Positions 25,290 through 35,836 are shown, numbered from the stretch's first letter. The stretch is DNA of 64,000 nucleotides from an uncultured Bacteroidales bacterium (GCA_900318835.1 ONLW01000006.1:12327-76326); one strand, 5' to 3'. Made by a program: numbers and translations. The notes: generated by a model not told the origin, from the sequence alone.

Positions 25290-26711
25290 ATGATGAAAAG
25301 AAAACAAACCATCAAATATATCCTTTGCGATATTCTCGCAGCCATGCTGTCGTGGACGGCTCTCTTTGTATTCCGCAAGCTTGCTCTCGAGCCCCTTTCC
25401 GTTTCCTGCTTCCAACTGTCAACCTTGAATGATTCCAATTACTTCCTCGGCCTCGTTATTATTCCTCTGGGGTGGCTGGCTCTGTATACTGTTCTCGGCG
25501 CCTACCGCGACGTGCTCCGCAAGGCTCGACTCAAAGAACTCCTCGACACCCTCCTGGCGTCGCTCCTCGGTGCCATTGTCATCTTTTTCCTCCTCCTCCT
25601 CGACGACACTGTCCCCACTTATCGTTACCACTACCTTGCTTTCCTTTTCCTCTTTGTTGTCCATTTTGTCCTCACCTATTTGCCTCGACTTCTCATCACC
25701 TCGCAGACTGTCCGCCGCGTCCACTCGCGCCAGATAGGTTTCCCCACCCTCCTTATAGGTTCGGGCAACAAGGCCCTTCATACCTATCTTGATATCGAAA
25801 ATCAGGAAACTTACTCTGGAAATCTCTTCGTGGGCTATGTCAACGTGGGTGTTGGCGGTGAATCATCCCTGCGAAATATCATGCCATGCCTGGGAAAGCT
25901 CGACGATATTCGCCCGCTCATTGAACAGCACCGTATCCAAGAGGTTATTATTGCCCTTGAGGACGACCAGCGGTATCTCACCGCCGATATTCTCCGCACC
26001 CTCAACGCTGCTGCCGATCTCATTGTCAAGATTACACCCGATGCACGCGACCTCATTGTTGGATCCGTCAAGCAGGAGGCTATCTTCCATTCGCCCTTCA
26101 TAGTCATCAACAACCGCCTGATGTCTGAGTGGCAGTACTCCCTCAAGCGCATCGGCGATGTCGTCATTGCCCTCCTGTCTATGATTGTCCTCTCGCCGGT
26201 CTATCTTGTTACGGCCATTATTGTGAAATGCACTTCCCCGGGCCCAGTATTCTACGCACAGGAACGCATTGGCCTCTACGGCAAGCCTTTCTGCATGCAT
26301 AAGTTCCGCTCTATGTATGTCGATGCCGAGTCGACCGGCCCGGCACTTTCCAAGGATGACGACCCGCGCATTACGCCCTTCGGACATTTTATGCGCAAGG
26401 TTCGTCTTGATGAGATACCCCAGTTCTACAATGTCCTCCGTGGTACCATGTCCATTGTCGGACCCCGTCCCGAGCGTCAGTTTTACATCGATCAGATTGT
26501 TAAGCGTGCTCCCGAATACCTGCTGCTGCAGCGTGTAAAGCCTGGCATTACTTCTTGGGGGCAGGTGAAATACGGATACGCTTCGTCGGTCGACGAGATG
26601 GTCGAGCGTCTGCGCTATGATCTTCTTTACCTCGACAATATGTCTATTACCACCGACCTCAAAATTATGGTCTACACCGGAAAGATTATTCTTCAGGGTC
26701 GTGGAAAATAA
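25290..26711 (+). CDS. Polyprenyl-phosphate glycosyl-1-phosphate transferase (WbaP/EpsL-type bacterial sugar transferase)
   Basis: N-terminal TM bundle. C-terminal motifs RIGLYGKPF, KFRSM, PRPERQFY and KPGITSWGQV. Confidence 0.85.
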   Translation: MMKRKQTIKYILCDILAAMLSWTALFVFRKLALEPLSVSCFQLSTLNDSNYFLGLVIIPLGWLALYTVLGAYRDVLRKARLKELLDTLLASLLGAIVIFFLLLLDDTVPTYRYHYLAFLFLFVVHFVLTYLPRLLITSQTVRRVHSRQIGFPTLLIGSGNKALHTYLDIENQETYSGNLFVGYVNVGVGGESSLRNIMPCLGKLDDIRPLIEQHRIQEVIIALEDDQRYLTADILRTLNAAADLIVKITPDARDLIVGSVKQEAIFHSPFIVINNRLMSEWQYSLKRIGDVVIALLSMIVLSPVYLVTAIIVKCTSPGPVFYAQERIGLYGKPFCMHKFRSMYVDAESTGPALSKDDDPRITPFGHFMRKVRLDEIPQFYNVLRGTMSIVGPRPERQFYIDQIVKRAPEYLLLQRVKPGITSWGQVKYGYASSVDEMVERLRYDLLYLDNMSITTDLKIMVYTGKIILQGRGK

Positions 26712-26780
26712 TCCATCCGACCGTTCTGAGTTGTGGTGTATGGGAGTAATGTATGGTTGCTCCCTTTTTCGTTTCAAATG

Positions 26781-26861
26781 CCTATCAACATCCTACCAAC
26801 ACCCTTTCAAGTCCTACTATGGTAGGAGTTGGTAGGGTGTTGGTAGGGGTTTGGTAAGGTG
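26781..26861 (-). repeat. Intergenic 11-mer-array palindromic element, copy 4
   Basis: CCTATCAACATCCTACCAACACCCTTTCAAGTCCTAC-TAT-GGTAGGAGTTGGTAGGGTGTTGGTAGGGGTTTGGTAAGGTG. It continues into a G/T-rich degenerate tract to about 26935. Confidence 0.8.
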
Positions 26862-26992
26862 ATTGTGTTTAGTGTGTGGTAGTTAGGTACTGTTTTGTGT
26901 GTATTCTGCTGTGGGATAGTGCGTTATGTGTATGGCTGTAAATTCGGTGTAAATTTTTTGAATTTTTTTTTACAATGTAAGTGATTTAGTTG

Positions 26993-27000
26993 TATCTTTG
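26993..27000 (+). promoter_or_regulatory. -7 box (TAtcTTTG) for the decarboxylase gene
   Basis: GTTGTATCTTTGCAGG, 62 nt upstream of the ATG at 27062. I found no clean -33 TTTG at consensus spacing. Confidence 0.5.
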
Positions 27001-27061
27001 CAGGACAATCCGCGTGAGTTGGATTGGAAGATATGGTTGAATTTTAATTACATCGGTTAAA

Positions 27062-28465
27062 ATGAAGAATAAGTATTACGACCTAATCGACCAGACATTT
27101 GATTTTCCGCAGGATGAATTCCGGACGGAGGATGGCGAGCTTTATTTCCATGACATCCCTTTGATGGAAATTATCAAACAATATGGCACACCACTGAAGA
27201 TTACCTATCTGCCTAAGATAAGTTCACAGATTCAGAGGGCCAAACGTTTGTTTAACGTGGCTATTGCCAAAACTGACTATCGCGGCACCTACAACTACTG
27301 CTACTGCACCAAGAGCAGCCATTTCGCTTTTGTTCTCGAAGAGGCATTGAAGAACGATATCAATCTCGAGACATCGTCGGCTTTCGACATCAACCTTATT
27401 CAGGAACTGCATAACCAAGGTCTCGTGGATAAGGACAAGGTTGTGGTATGCAATGGTTTCAAGAAGGAACAATATGTTGAGAATATTGTGGATCTGTTCC
27501 ATGACGGTTTCCACAATGTGATTCCCGTGCTTGACAACAAGAACGAGTATTATATGTTGGATAAGGCCTTGGAGACCGGTGCACAGGAGCCTATGATGCT
27601 GGGAATCAGGATTGCATCGGAGGAAGAACCGAAGTTCGACTTCTATACCTCGCGTTTGGGTATTCGCTACAACGACATTGTCAGTTTCTACGAGGAGCAG
27701 GTGAAACCCAACACGAAGTTCCGTTTCAAGATGCTACATTTCTTCATCAACACGGGTATCCGCGATACCGCTTACTATTGGAACGAGCTGGCCAAGTGCG
27801 TCAATGTCTACTGCGACTTGAAGCGTGTGTGTCCTGAGCTGGATTCGCTGAACATTGGCGGCGGTTTCCCGAGCAAGGTGAGCCTGGCGGCCAACTATGA
27901 CTATGAGTATATGGCCGAGGAGATTCTGGCACAGATAAAGAATATCTGCACACAGCGCGGCGTAGAGGAACCGAACATCTTCACCGAGTTCGGCAGCTTC
28001 ACCGTTGGAGAGAGTGGCGCCACTTTATACAGTATTTTGGACCAGAAACAGCAGAACGACCGCGAGTTGTGGTATATGATCGACAGTAGTTTCATTACCA
28101 CACTGCCCGACACCTGGGGTATCAACCAGCGTTTCATTATGTTGCCCATCAACCATTGGGACTGCGAGTACCAGCGTGTATTCCTCGGTGGCCTCACCTG
28201 TGACTCGGAGGACTATTACAATGCCGACTCGCACGCCAATGCCATCTTCTTGCCCAAGTTGCAAAAGGATGAGCCTCTCTACATCGGATTCTTTCACACG
28301 GGAGCCTACCAGGAGAGTATCGGTGGCTACGGTGGCATTCAGCACTGTCTCATTCCCGCGCCCAAGCATGTAATCATTGACAAGGACGAGAACGGGGAGT
28401 ATTCGACGAAACTCTTTGCCAAGGAACAAAGCTACAAGTCGATGCTGAAGATTTTGGGCTATTAA
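27062..28465 (+). CDS. Group IV PLP-dependent decarboxylase (Orn/Arg/DAP family), probable arginine decarboxylase
   Basis: PLP-Lys context YCYCTKSS, phosphate-binding LNIGGGFP, active-site GGLTCDSEDYY. Substrate not determinable here. Confidence 0.65.
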   Translation: MKNKYYDLIDQTFDFPQDEFRTEDGELYFHDIPLMEIIKQYGTPLKITYLPKISSQIQRAKRLFNVAIAKTDYRGTYNYCYCTKSSHFAFVLEEALKNDINLETSSAFDINLIQELHNQGLVDKDKVVVCNGFKKEQYVENIVDLFHDGFHNVIPVLDNKNEYYMLDKALETGAQEPMMLGIRIASEEEPKFDFYTSRLGIRYNDIVSFYEEQVKPNTKFRFKMLHFFINTGIRDTAYYWNELAKCVNVYCDLKRVCPELDSLNIGGGFPSKVSLAANYDYEYMAEEILAQIKNICTQRGVEEPNIFTEFGSFTVGESGATLYSILDQKQQNDRELWYMIDSSFITTLPDTWGINQRFIMLPINHWDCEYQRVFLGGLTCDSEDYYNADSHANAIFLPKLQKDEPLYIGFFHTGAYQESIGGYGGIQHCLIPAPKHVIIDKDENGEYSTKLFAKEQSYKSMLKILGY

Positions 28466-28494
28466 AAAAAGGCTGCCGAATGGCAGCCTTTTTT
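28464..28494. terminator. Bidirectional intrinsic terminator
   Basis: AAAAAAA-GGCTGCC-gaat-GGCAGCC-TTTTTT between convergent stops at 28465 and 28493. Confidence 0.8.
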
Positions 28495-29200
28495 AATTTT
28501 CGTAGAGCTCGTGGAGCTCGATTTCATAGATGAATGGCGTATAGCCTGGAATGTTGCCAGACCCTTTGACTCCGAAAGCAAGCTGATAGGGGAAGTAGAA
28601 GCGGTAGATGCTGCCGGCATTCATCAATTGGAATGCTTCGATCAGGCCCGGGAACATGGGTTCGCCAACGACATGGAGAATGGGTTCGCGCTTGCCATAG
28701 GTCTGGTCATAAGCTTCGCCTGTGAGCATGACAAACGAGCGATAGTCAAACTTGATGCGTTGTGCGTATTTCGCCTTGGGACCTTTGCCTTCGCGCAGTA
28801 CCTCGTAGTAGAAGCCCGCGGGGTGACGCTTGACGTTGGAATTCTCTTGCTCAAGTTTCTTAAAATATTCGGCTTGGGCGGCATCGACCTCTTGTTGTGT
28901 CTGGTTGGAGGTTTGTTGGGCACCGACGGAGTACATGGCCATGATGTAGTTGAGGGCTTCGATGATTTCGTCGGGGCTCATGGGCTGTTCTTTACCTCCG
29001 TTGAGGGTGTATTGAGCCGACTGCAGGATGAGATCAGCGTCGAGTTCGTTGAAGTAGCCTTTCTTCAATGCGTCGGCAATATTCTGTCCGTAGGCCCAAG
29101 AGAGGGAGTCGGTACGGTCTTTGAGTTCGGGAGCTTTGGCTCTGTTGTTGCATGAAGCCAGCAAGAGGGCGCAGGCCGATAAAAGAAGGATTCTTTTCAT
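28493..29200 (-). CDS. FKBP-type peptidyl-prolyl cis-trans isomerase lipoprotein (FkpA-like)
   Basis: Lipobox LASC. N-terminal dimerisation-like helices and C-terminal FKBP domain (GFYYEVLREGKG...YEIELHEL). Confidence 0.75.
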   Translation of the reverse strand: MKRILLLSACALLLASCNNRAKAPELKDRTDSLSWAYGQNIADALKKGYFNELDADLILQSAQYTLNGGKEQPMSPDEIIEALNYIMAMYSVGAQQTSNQTQQEVDAAQAEYFKKLEQENSNVKRHPAGFYYEVLREGKGPKAKYAQRIKFDYRSFVMLTGEAYDQTYGKREPILHVVGEPMFPGLIEAFQLMNAGSIYRFYFPYQLAFGVKGSGNIPGYTPFIYEIELHELYEN

Positions 29201-29209
29201 GAAAATGGG

Positions 29210-31531
29210 TTATTTGTTGACAACTAGTTTTTTGACGGAGACGGCAGTATCGGTGTGGAGACGGAGGAAGTAGACACCCGGAAGGATATCTTGAATGTCG
29301 AGGGTGACAGAGGAAGTTGCCTTTAGGGTGCGGCCGGTGAGGTCTAGCAGTTCGATGAGACGGAGACCGGGAGCGTCGATGGTGACGTGGTCGGTGGCGG
29401 GGTTGGGGTAGACGTTGACAGGTTGATTGTCGGATACCTGATTGATTCCCACAGTGATTTCGTTGAAGGATTTGTGGTAGGGTTTATGTCCTTGGGACGT
29501 GATGGAGAGGCAGTAGGCGCTGATGTCGGAAGTGTTGTCGATGTTGAGGTTTGCAATGCCTCTTTCGTTAGCGAAAGCGGCGGCAATAACGTTGTTGTGG
29601 AGGGAGTCGACGATAGCGACATAGGCGTTGGGAGCGGTGGTAACATCTATGGTATTATCGTTACGGTTAACGTTTACTGTGAGGTCGGAGGCACGTCCCA
29701 ACCAAGGGAGGAGGGATGGGTCTCCCATGAGTTCGTAAATCTCCCAGTAGTAATGCTTGTATCTGGAAGAACTGGTGTTGACTGCCATATTACCATAGAA
29801 AACCAAGGAACCCGCGGAGACTGCATACTGTTCATTGTTTTCGTTGTGGGTATGGAAGAGACGGTCGTAGATGCCAAGATTCTCGGAATCGTAGGAAGGA
29901 TTCAATTGGTTGTTGATGTTGGAACGGATTCCAACTGACCAGTAGAAATCTTCGGCCCAGATGGTTGAGTTGGTACCACCGATATAAATGACGGCGCCAG
30001 CGTTTTCTTTTTTGCGAAGGAGGGTTTCTCCGAAACAAGAGGGGTTATCAAACTTGTTGGTGAGGCAGCAATTTCCTATCATCACAGAGGGCTTTCCCTT
30101 GTTCGACATGGAGTTGATATTGCTGTTGGTGAAGGTGGGTTTGTGCCATCTGTCCCAGTCGCCATGGGCGGAGTAGTTAATCCAACCCAAACCCTCGCTG
30201 TAGAGTCTGCGGAGGGCTGTAGCGGTGGAGTTGTCGCTGCAGTAGCCTGTGACGGTGACACCGTCGGGAACGAAATCGACATTGTTTTTATAGTAGCTGA
30301 CAGTGTCGAAGCCGTTGCTATAGTTGATATATGTCTTTGCAATATAGTCCATGGATGGGTCGCAATAGCGCCATGCGTTGTCGTAGGAGTCACTATGATA
30401 GGCGTTGTCTTCTCCGGCGATGAGGGCGGCGTGGGCAAGGTATTCATCGTTGTCAAAAGCATACTGCTCATAGAGAAGAGTCTTCTTGATAATGGCGGCA
30501 ACGGTATTGGTGTCGGTAGCGGAGAAACGGCCTTGGTAGCAGTCAGGAATATTGTCGTTGCCTGTCCAGGTGACAAAGTAGAGGTCGGTGACATGGTCGT
30601 CTAAAGAGTAAACGTTGACTCTGGATTCGAAAGCGGGAATCTGTTCGTTGTCGCCGACAAGGATGAGGTAGGTCGGTGCAGGATCCTTGACAGTGGCGTT
30701 GGTATAAATGCTTTTAAGATAGTTCGCGATGGCGGTATTGTCCGAGAGTTGCGCATCATCGGTGTAGACAAGGTTGACCAGCATGCCTTGTGAGCGTTTC
30801 CAGTTGGCATAGAGGTTCAGTTTTTCGCAACGAAGCGAGCCTGACGCCATGATGACCATGCGGATGGGCGCTGGGAGGACTTCCTTCAGCGAGACGAGTT
30901 GGTTGAGGGTAGTGCCGGCCGAGAAAGCTGGTGTGTGGTAGCGGTTGAAATGCTCCTGGGTACCCTCAGCGTCGGAGTTGATATAATGCACTGTGATGTC
31001 GGCACTGCGGCATACGATTACCTCATTGGTGACAGGGTTCACCTGCACGGGACTGAAGGTGAGGTTGGCCAAACGACGGTCGCGTGCAACACCGAGAACC
31101 TCGACTGAGGCCAGAGGCATGCCCCAGAAGGCATTGGTGGCGTATCGGTCGGCATCAATTACCGGCGCATGTTGGATGGTATCGCTTTTAATGCGGCTAG
31201 GTTGGAGTGGGTAAATAGTATTATTAATAAAAAGAGTGAGGGTGTCATAGACGGCATTAGTGACCTCGACTTCCACATCATCGCAGAAGGGAATGGTAAT
31301 CATGTCGATGCTCATGGGCAGTGCTGGCGACCCCAACTCTCCACCGAGTTGGTAGCCGGCGAGACTGAGTACATCAGCCTTGCTGTCAGCAAAGGGTATG
31401 GATTCTGTCTGTAGGGTTGGGGTCTGATAGTGTACCTCGAGCCGGTTGAAATTATCGGTTACCACCCGCTGGGCATGCATGGCCGTCAGTGGTGCAACCA
31501 TAAGTGTCAAAATAAGAAATATCTTTTTCAT
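29210..31531 (-). CDS. Peptidase C25 (gingipain-like cysteine protease) with a T9SS C-terminal sorting domain
   Basis: Propeptide-like N-terminus. Caspase-fold dyad contexts INYSAHGDWDRW (His) and VMIGNCCLTNKF (Cys). C-terminal VYPNPATDHVTID...GVYFLRLHTD...KKLVVNK. Confidence 0.8.
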   Translation of the reverse strand: MKKIFLILTLMVAPLTAMHAQRVVTDNFNRLEVHYQTPTLQTESIPFADSKADVLSLAGYQLGGELGSPALPMSIDMITIPFCDDVEVEVTNAVYDTLTLFINNTIYPLQPSRIKSDTIQHAPVIDADRYATNAFWGMPLASVEVLGVARDRRLANLTFSPVQVNPVTNEVIVCRSADITVHYINSDAEGTQEHFNRYHTPAFSAGTTLNQLVSLKEVLPAPIRMVIMASGSLRCEKLNLYANWKRSQGMLVNLVYTDDAQLSDNTAIANYLKSIYTNATVKDPAPTYLILVGDNEQIPAFESRVNVYSLDDHVTDLYFVTWTGNDNIPDCYQGRFSATDTNTVAAIIKKTLLYEQYAFDNDEYLAHAALIAGEDNAYHSDSYDNAWRYCDPSMDYIAKTYINYSNGFDTVSYYKNNVDFVPDGVTVTGYCSDNSTATALRRLYSEGLGWINYSAHGDWDRWHKPTFTNSNINSMSNKGKPSVMIGNCCLTNKFDNPSCFGETLLRKKENAGAVIYIGGTNSTIWAEDFYWSVGIRSNINNQLNPSYDSENLGIYDRLFHTHNENNEQYAVSAGSLVFYGNMAVNTSSSRYKHYYWEIYELMGDPSLLPWLGRASDLTVNVNRNDNTIDVTTAPNAYVAIVDSLHNNVIAAAFANERGIANLNIDNTSDISAYCLSITSQGHKPYHKSFNEITVGINQVSDNQPVNVYPNPATDHVTIDAPGLRLIELLDLTGRTLKATSSVTLDIQDILPGVYFLRLHTDTAVSVKKLVVNK

Positions 31532-31582
31532 TGGTTTATTATTTATCTATATGTATTATGTATCGCTTGAAGCGAAAAACTT

Positions 31583-32260
31583 TTACTCAAGATGGAACAT
31601 TTTTTCAATAGTAGGGCAGGGGGCTGTGATTGTAATGGGGAGATGTGTGACAGGGTGCTCGAAAGAGACGGTATGTGCATGGAGCAAGATGGAACCATCG
31701 TCGTTGCTGCGTGGGGCACCGTATTTGAGGTCACCCTTGATGGGACAGCCGATGTTGGCCAGTTGGCATCGTATCTGGTGGTGACGGCCGGTGTGGAGGT
31801 TGATGTCAAGGAGGTGATATCCACCGTCAGAGACGGCAATCTCTCGGTATTCGAGGCGCGCTAGCTTGGCGTTTGGACGTGCTGAGCCAAAGACGTAGCT
31901 TTTGTTGCGTTCCTCGTTCTTCACCAGCCAGTTCTCAAGGGCACCGACGGTTTGAGGAGGGGCATTTTTGACTACCGCCCAATAGTGCTTCTCAAACTCA
32001 CGGGTACGAACTTTTTCCACCATACGACTGAGGGCTTTCGAGGTTTTGGCAAGCAGTACCACTCCAGAGACAGGTCGATCCAGACGGTGGATAACACCGC
32101 AATAGACTTGTCCGGGCTTGTGGTCGCGCTCCTTGATGAATTCCTTGACCAAATCGGCTAGACAGGGGTCGCCTGTTTTGTCTCCCTGTGTGATTTGTCC
32201 AGGCAATTTGTTGATGGCCAGCAGATGATTGTCCTCGTAGAGTATTTGGTCGGCAATCAT
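31583..32260 (-). CDS. RluA-family pseudouridine synthase
   Basis: HRLDRPVSGVVLLAKT catalytic Asp motif, and HQIRCQL. Confidence 0.8.
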   Translation of the reverse strand: MIADQILYEDNHLLAINKLPGQITQGDKTGDPCLADLVKEFIKERDHKPGQVYCGVIHRLDRPVSGVVLLAKTSKALSRMVEKVRTREFEKHYWAVVKNAPPQTVGALENWLVKNEERNKSYVFGSARPNAKLARLEYREIAVSDGGYHLLDINLHTGRHHQIRCQLANIGCPIKGDLKYGAPRSNDDGSILLHAHTVSFEHPVTHLPITITAPCPTIEKMFHLE

Positions 32261-32262
32261 GG

Positions 32263-32922
32263 TTAAACGATTTCGGCAATGGGGCTGATGGCGTTCTTCA
32301 CTTTGTCCTGCAGGTCGACGCTGATGGGGAAGTCGAGTGGCAGGAAGAGGTCGACACGCGAACCAAAGCGGATGAAGCCGAGTTCCTGGTTTTGCTTGAC
32401 GCGCTCGCCTTCTTTGGCGTAGCAGACGATGCGGCGCGCCATCACGCCCGCCACTTGGCGGATGAGGATGCGTTTGCCGTTATCAAGGAGCATGCCAATC
32501 TCGGTACGCTCATTGAGGTCGCTACTTTTAGGGTACGAGGCTACGAAATAGTTGCCACGGCGAAACTTTACATACTCCACTAGGCCGTCGCAAGGGTAGC
32601 GGTTGACATGCACATCGGTTCCACTCATGAAAATACTAATCTGCATGCATTCGCCTTGAATGTAGGCCTTCTCGGTAACCTGCTCGATGGTGACGATGGT
32701 GCCGTCGGCGGGTGAAATGAGCTCCGAGGGATTGTTGGCGAAGATGCGCCGTGGAATGCGGAAGAAGGCCGTTACCAGAAAGCCGAAGACTACTAGGCCT
32801 GCGACGAAAAGATAATGGACCACGTTCCATTCCTTGACCAACAATAGCATCAGCAGCACAATGACAAAGATGCCTGCGCCGGTGAGCATGATTATTTTCT
32901 TTCCTTCACGATGGATTGTCAT
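32263..32922 (-). CDS. psd: Phosphatidylserine decarboxylase proenzyme
   Basis: N-terminal TM segments and FGSRVD self-cleavage (G-S) motif near the C-terminus. Confidence 0.85.
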   Translation of the reverse strand: MTIHREGKKIIMLTGAGIFVIVLLMLLLVKEWNVVHYLFVAGLVVFGFLVTAFFRIPRRIFANNPSELISPADGTIVTIEQVTEKAYIQGECMQISIFMSGTDVHVNRYPCDGLVEYVKFRRGNYFVASYPKSSDLNERTEIGMLLDNGKRILIRQVAGVMARRIVCYAKEGERVKQNQELGFIRFGSRVDLFLPLDFPISVDLQDKVKNAISPIAEIV

Positions 32923-32926
32923 ATTC

Positions 32927-33763
32927 TTATATTATTGTAAATAGGGTTATGTATGCAAAAGCGAAAGGCATGATGATGAGTAGGCTGTCGAAGCGATCAA
33001 GGAAGCCTCCATGGCCGGGCATGATGTTGCCGCTGTCCTTGACTCCTACGGAACGCTTGAGCATGCTCTCCACAAGGTCGCCGAGGGTGTCGACTACACT
33101 GCAAATGAAGCCGAGGACCAGCCAATGGTACCATGCTACAGTGGGAACTACCAACGGACCGACGAAAACGGCCAGCATTATGGTGACGAGTATGCCGAAA
33201 GCGGTGCCTTCCCAAGTCTTTCCTGGGGAATGACGCACCCACATCTTGTGCTTGCCGAAGAGAGAACCTCCAATATAGGCACCGGAGTCGTTGACCCACA
33301 CCATTACTACCAGCATCAAGACCATGAGGGGACCTGAATAGTTAGAGAAAAGCATGAGCATCAGGCTAAGTGGTAGGGCGACATAGAGTAGGGGAATCAT
33401 CGTGTAGGCTGCATCGCGGAAAGGCTGTTCGCTCTGTTTCCATAGCTGTACGATGGCTGCCAGTGCAAAAGTGGTAGGGAATAAGATGAATGCCATTAGC
33501 ATCAAGTTGAAGTTCGCCAATGGTAGTGCCAGAAGACAGCAGGCAGCATAGATATAGCCCAATACCTGACTGGGTTTTGCTCCTTGATGTTTTACGATAC
33601 GGAAGAATTCAAAGGTGCAGCCCATCGAGACGAAGAGCAGGAAGGCTCCGAAAAGGATGCGCCCCAGATGGAAATTATTGAATAGGTATCCGCTGAGGAG
33701 TGTGCCTAGGAATAGGATGGCATAAACTACGGCACTGGCTGTGCGAATCCAGAATGTTTTCAT
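32927..33763 (-). CDS. cdsA: Phosphatidate cytidylyltransferase
   Basis: Signature SMLKRSVGVKDSGNIMPGHGGFLDRFDS. Polytopic membrane protein. Confidence 0.9.
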   Translation of the reverse strand: MKTFWIRTASAVVYAILFLGTLLSGYLFNNFHLGRILFGAFLLFVSMGCTFEFFRIVKHQGAKPSQVLGYIYAACCLLALPLANFNLMLMAFILFPTTFALAAIVQLWKQSEQPFRDAAYTMIPLLYVALPLSLMLMLFSNYSGPLMVLMLVVMVWVNDSGAYIGGSLFGKHKMWVRHSPGKTWEGTAFGILVTIMLAVFVGPLVVPTVAWYHWLVLGFICSVVDTLGDLVESMLKRSVGVKDSGNIMPGHGGFLDRFDSLLIIMPFAFAYITLFTII

Positions 33764-35808
33764 GACAGGGTAGTGTTTTCAGGGTTATACGTATTCTTGG
33801 ACAACTCCGGAGTTTCTGAATCTTCCTCGATTTCTGGTTTCTCAGGAGTTTCCCACGGACGAGGGCCGTAGATGCGCTCCAGATCTTCACGGAAGAGCAC
33901 CTCTTTTTCATAGAGTTGCGCGGCTAATTGGTCGAGTTGCTCGCGATGATTTGTCAACAACTCTTTAGCCTTGTTGTAGGCCTCTTCCACCATGCGGCGA
34001 ACCTCTTTGTCTATGGTTTCGGCGGTCTTCTCGCTGAAGGGTTTCGCAAAAGCATATTCGCTTTGGCCGGTGGAGTCATAGAAGCTGATGTTGCCCACTT
34101 CGGGACTCATACCATAGTAGGTCACCAGTGCCTGAGCCATCTTGGTGGCCCGCTCGATGTCGTTCAACGCACCGGTGCTGATGCGCCCGAAGACGATCTC
34201 CTCCGATGCGCGGCCTGCCATGAGACTGGTCATCTCGTCGAACATCTGTTCGTAGGTGGTAATTTGGCGTTCTTCCGGCAGGTACCAGGCGGCACCGAGG
34301 GCTTTGCCACGTGGCACAATGGTGACTTTCACCAACGGGTTGGCCCAGCGCAGTAACCAAGAGACCGACGCATGTCCGCTCTCGTGGTAAGCGATGGTGT
34401 GCTTCTCTTGGTCGGAGAGTACCTTGGTTCGTTTCTCAAGACCGCCGACGATGCGGTCGACAGCGTCGAGGAAGTCTTGTTTCTCGATCTGTTTCTTATT
34501 CTTGCGGGCAGCGCAGAGTGCAGCTTCATTGCAGACATTGGCGATGTCGGCACCGCTGAAGCCCGGAGTTTGTTTGGCCAGAAAATCCTTGTCCACATGA
34601 CCTTCGCTTCCTTCCTGAGTATTGAGTTTCAGGTTTTTCATGTGGACGGCGAAGATGGCCTTACGCTCCTCGATGTCGGGTAGCTCGACGTAAATCTGCC
34701 GGTCGAAACGGCCGGCACGCATCAGTGCTTTGTCGAGCACATCAGCACGATTGGTGGCGGCCAGCACAATGACGTTGGTGGTGCTGGAGAATCCATCCAT
34801 CTCGGTAAGCAGCTGGTTCAGCGTGTTCTCGCGCTCATCGTTGCCACCGGCAAGGCCATTCCTTCCACGGGCACGGCCCACGGCATCAATCTCGTCAATG
34901 AAGACTATGCAGGGTGATTTCTTTTTGGCTTCGTCGAACAGGCCGCGGACACGTGAGGCTCCCACGCCGACGAACATCTCCACGAAGTCGCTTCCGCTCA
35001 TCGAGAAGAACGGCACGCCCGCCTCGCCGGCCACGGCTTTGGCCAGCAGGGTCTTACCTGTACCTGGAGGGCCAACCAGCAGTACACCCTTGGGAATCTT
35101 GCCTCCCAGTTCGGTGTAATGTTTAGGGTTCTTCAGGAAGTCTACCACCTCCATCACCTCTTCCTTGGCACCGGCCAATCCGGCCACATCCTTGAAGGTG
35201 ACGTTGACCTGCTTGGTGGCGTCGTACTGCTTGGCACGTGAACCGCCAAAGCCGAACAGACCGCTGAAGCCGCCTCCGCCTTCACCTCCCATCTGCTTTC
35301 GGGCGTAGGCACTCATGCCCCAGAAGAGGAAAATCATAATCAAAAGAGGTCCAAACCATATCAGTAACTCGCGCCAGGCATTGGAGTGGGTCTCTATCTT
35401 GTAGCTGATGTGCTCTCCAGTCTTGGCCTCGATGATAGCCAATTCCTTGTCGAAATGCTCGTAGTTGCCTATGTTATAGGTGTACACACCCGTGGGACCT
35501 TCACCACCGGTGATGGTCTGTGTCTGCAGATCTTTGTAGAGTTCCGGATGGGTCTTGATGGCGTCTTTCTTTATTCTGATTTCGGCTACCTCCTGGTTGA
35601 TGACGGTGATAGTCTCGTAGTCGTGACGCTCGAGTATGAGTGACAACTTATTCCAGTCGACAGTTTTCTTGGCCTCATTGCCATTGCCGAACATGCCGAA
35701 GAGCAACGCTACCATGATGACTCCGTAGACGATGTAAATCCACTTCGCCGTCTTGGGCTTGTTGCCACGGGGAGCATTAGGCATCTTGTTCTGTTGTTGT
35801 TGTGCCAT
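33760..35808 (-). CDS. ftsH: ATP-dependent zinc metalloprotease FtsH
   Basis: Walker [22 protein letters not shown] region, HESGHA zinc motif. ATGA overlap with cdsA. Confidence 0.95.
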   Translation of the reverse strand: MAQQQQNKMPNAPRGNKPKTAKWIYIVYGVIMVALLFGMFGNGNEAKKTVDWNKLSLILERHDYETITVINQEVAEIRIKKDAIKTHPELYKDLQTQTITGGEGPTGVYTYNIGNYEHFDKELAIIEAKTGEHISYKIETHSNAWRELLIWFGPLLIMIFLFWGMSAYARKQMGGEGGGGFSGLFGFGGSRAKQYDATKQVNVTFKDVAGLAGAKEEVMEVVDFLKNPKHYTELGGKIPKGVLLVGPPGTGKTLLAKAVAGEAGVPFFSMSGSDFVEMFVGVGASRVRGLFDEAKKKSPCIVFIDEIDAVGRARGRNGLAGGNDERENTLNQLLTEMDGFSSTTNVIVLAATNRADVLDKALMRAGRFDRQIYVELPDIEERKAIFAVHMKNLKLNTQEGSEGHVDKDFLAKQTPGFSGADIANVCNEAALCAARKNKKQIEKQDFLDAVDRIVGGLEKRTKVLSDQEKHTIAYHESGHASVSWLLRWANPLVKVTIVPRGKALGAAWYLPEERQITTYEQMFDEMTSLMAGRASEEIVFGRISTGALNDIERATKMAQALVTYYGMSPEVGNISFYDSTGQSEYAFAKPFSEKTAETIDKEVRRMVEEAYNKAKELLTNHREQLDQLAAQLYEKEVLFREDLERIYGPRPWETPEKPEIEEDSETPELSKNTYNPENTTLS

Positions 35809-35836
35809 TAATTCTTTAACCTTAAAGTGATGATCA

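Noticed and set aside
25863-26777. A 304-aa minus-strand ORF
   Set aside because: It is antisense to the sugar transferase gene, which carries the diagnostic PRPE/KPGITSWGQV motifs.
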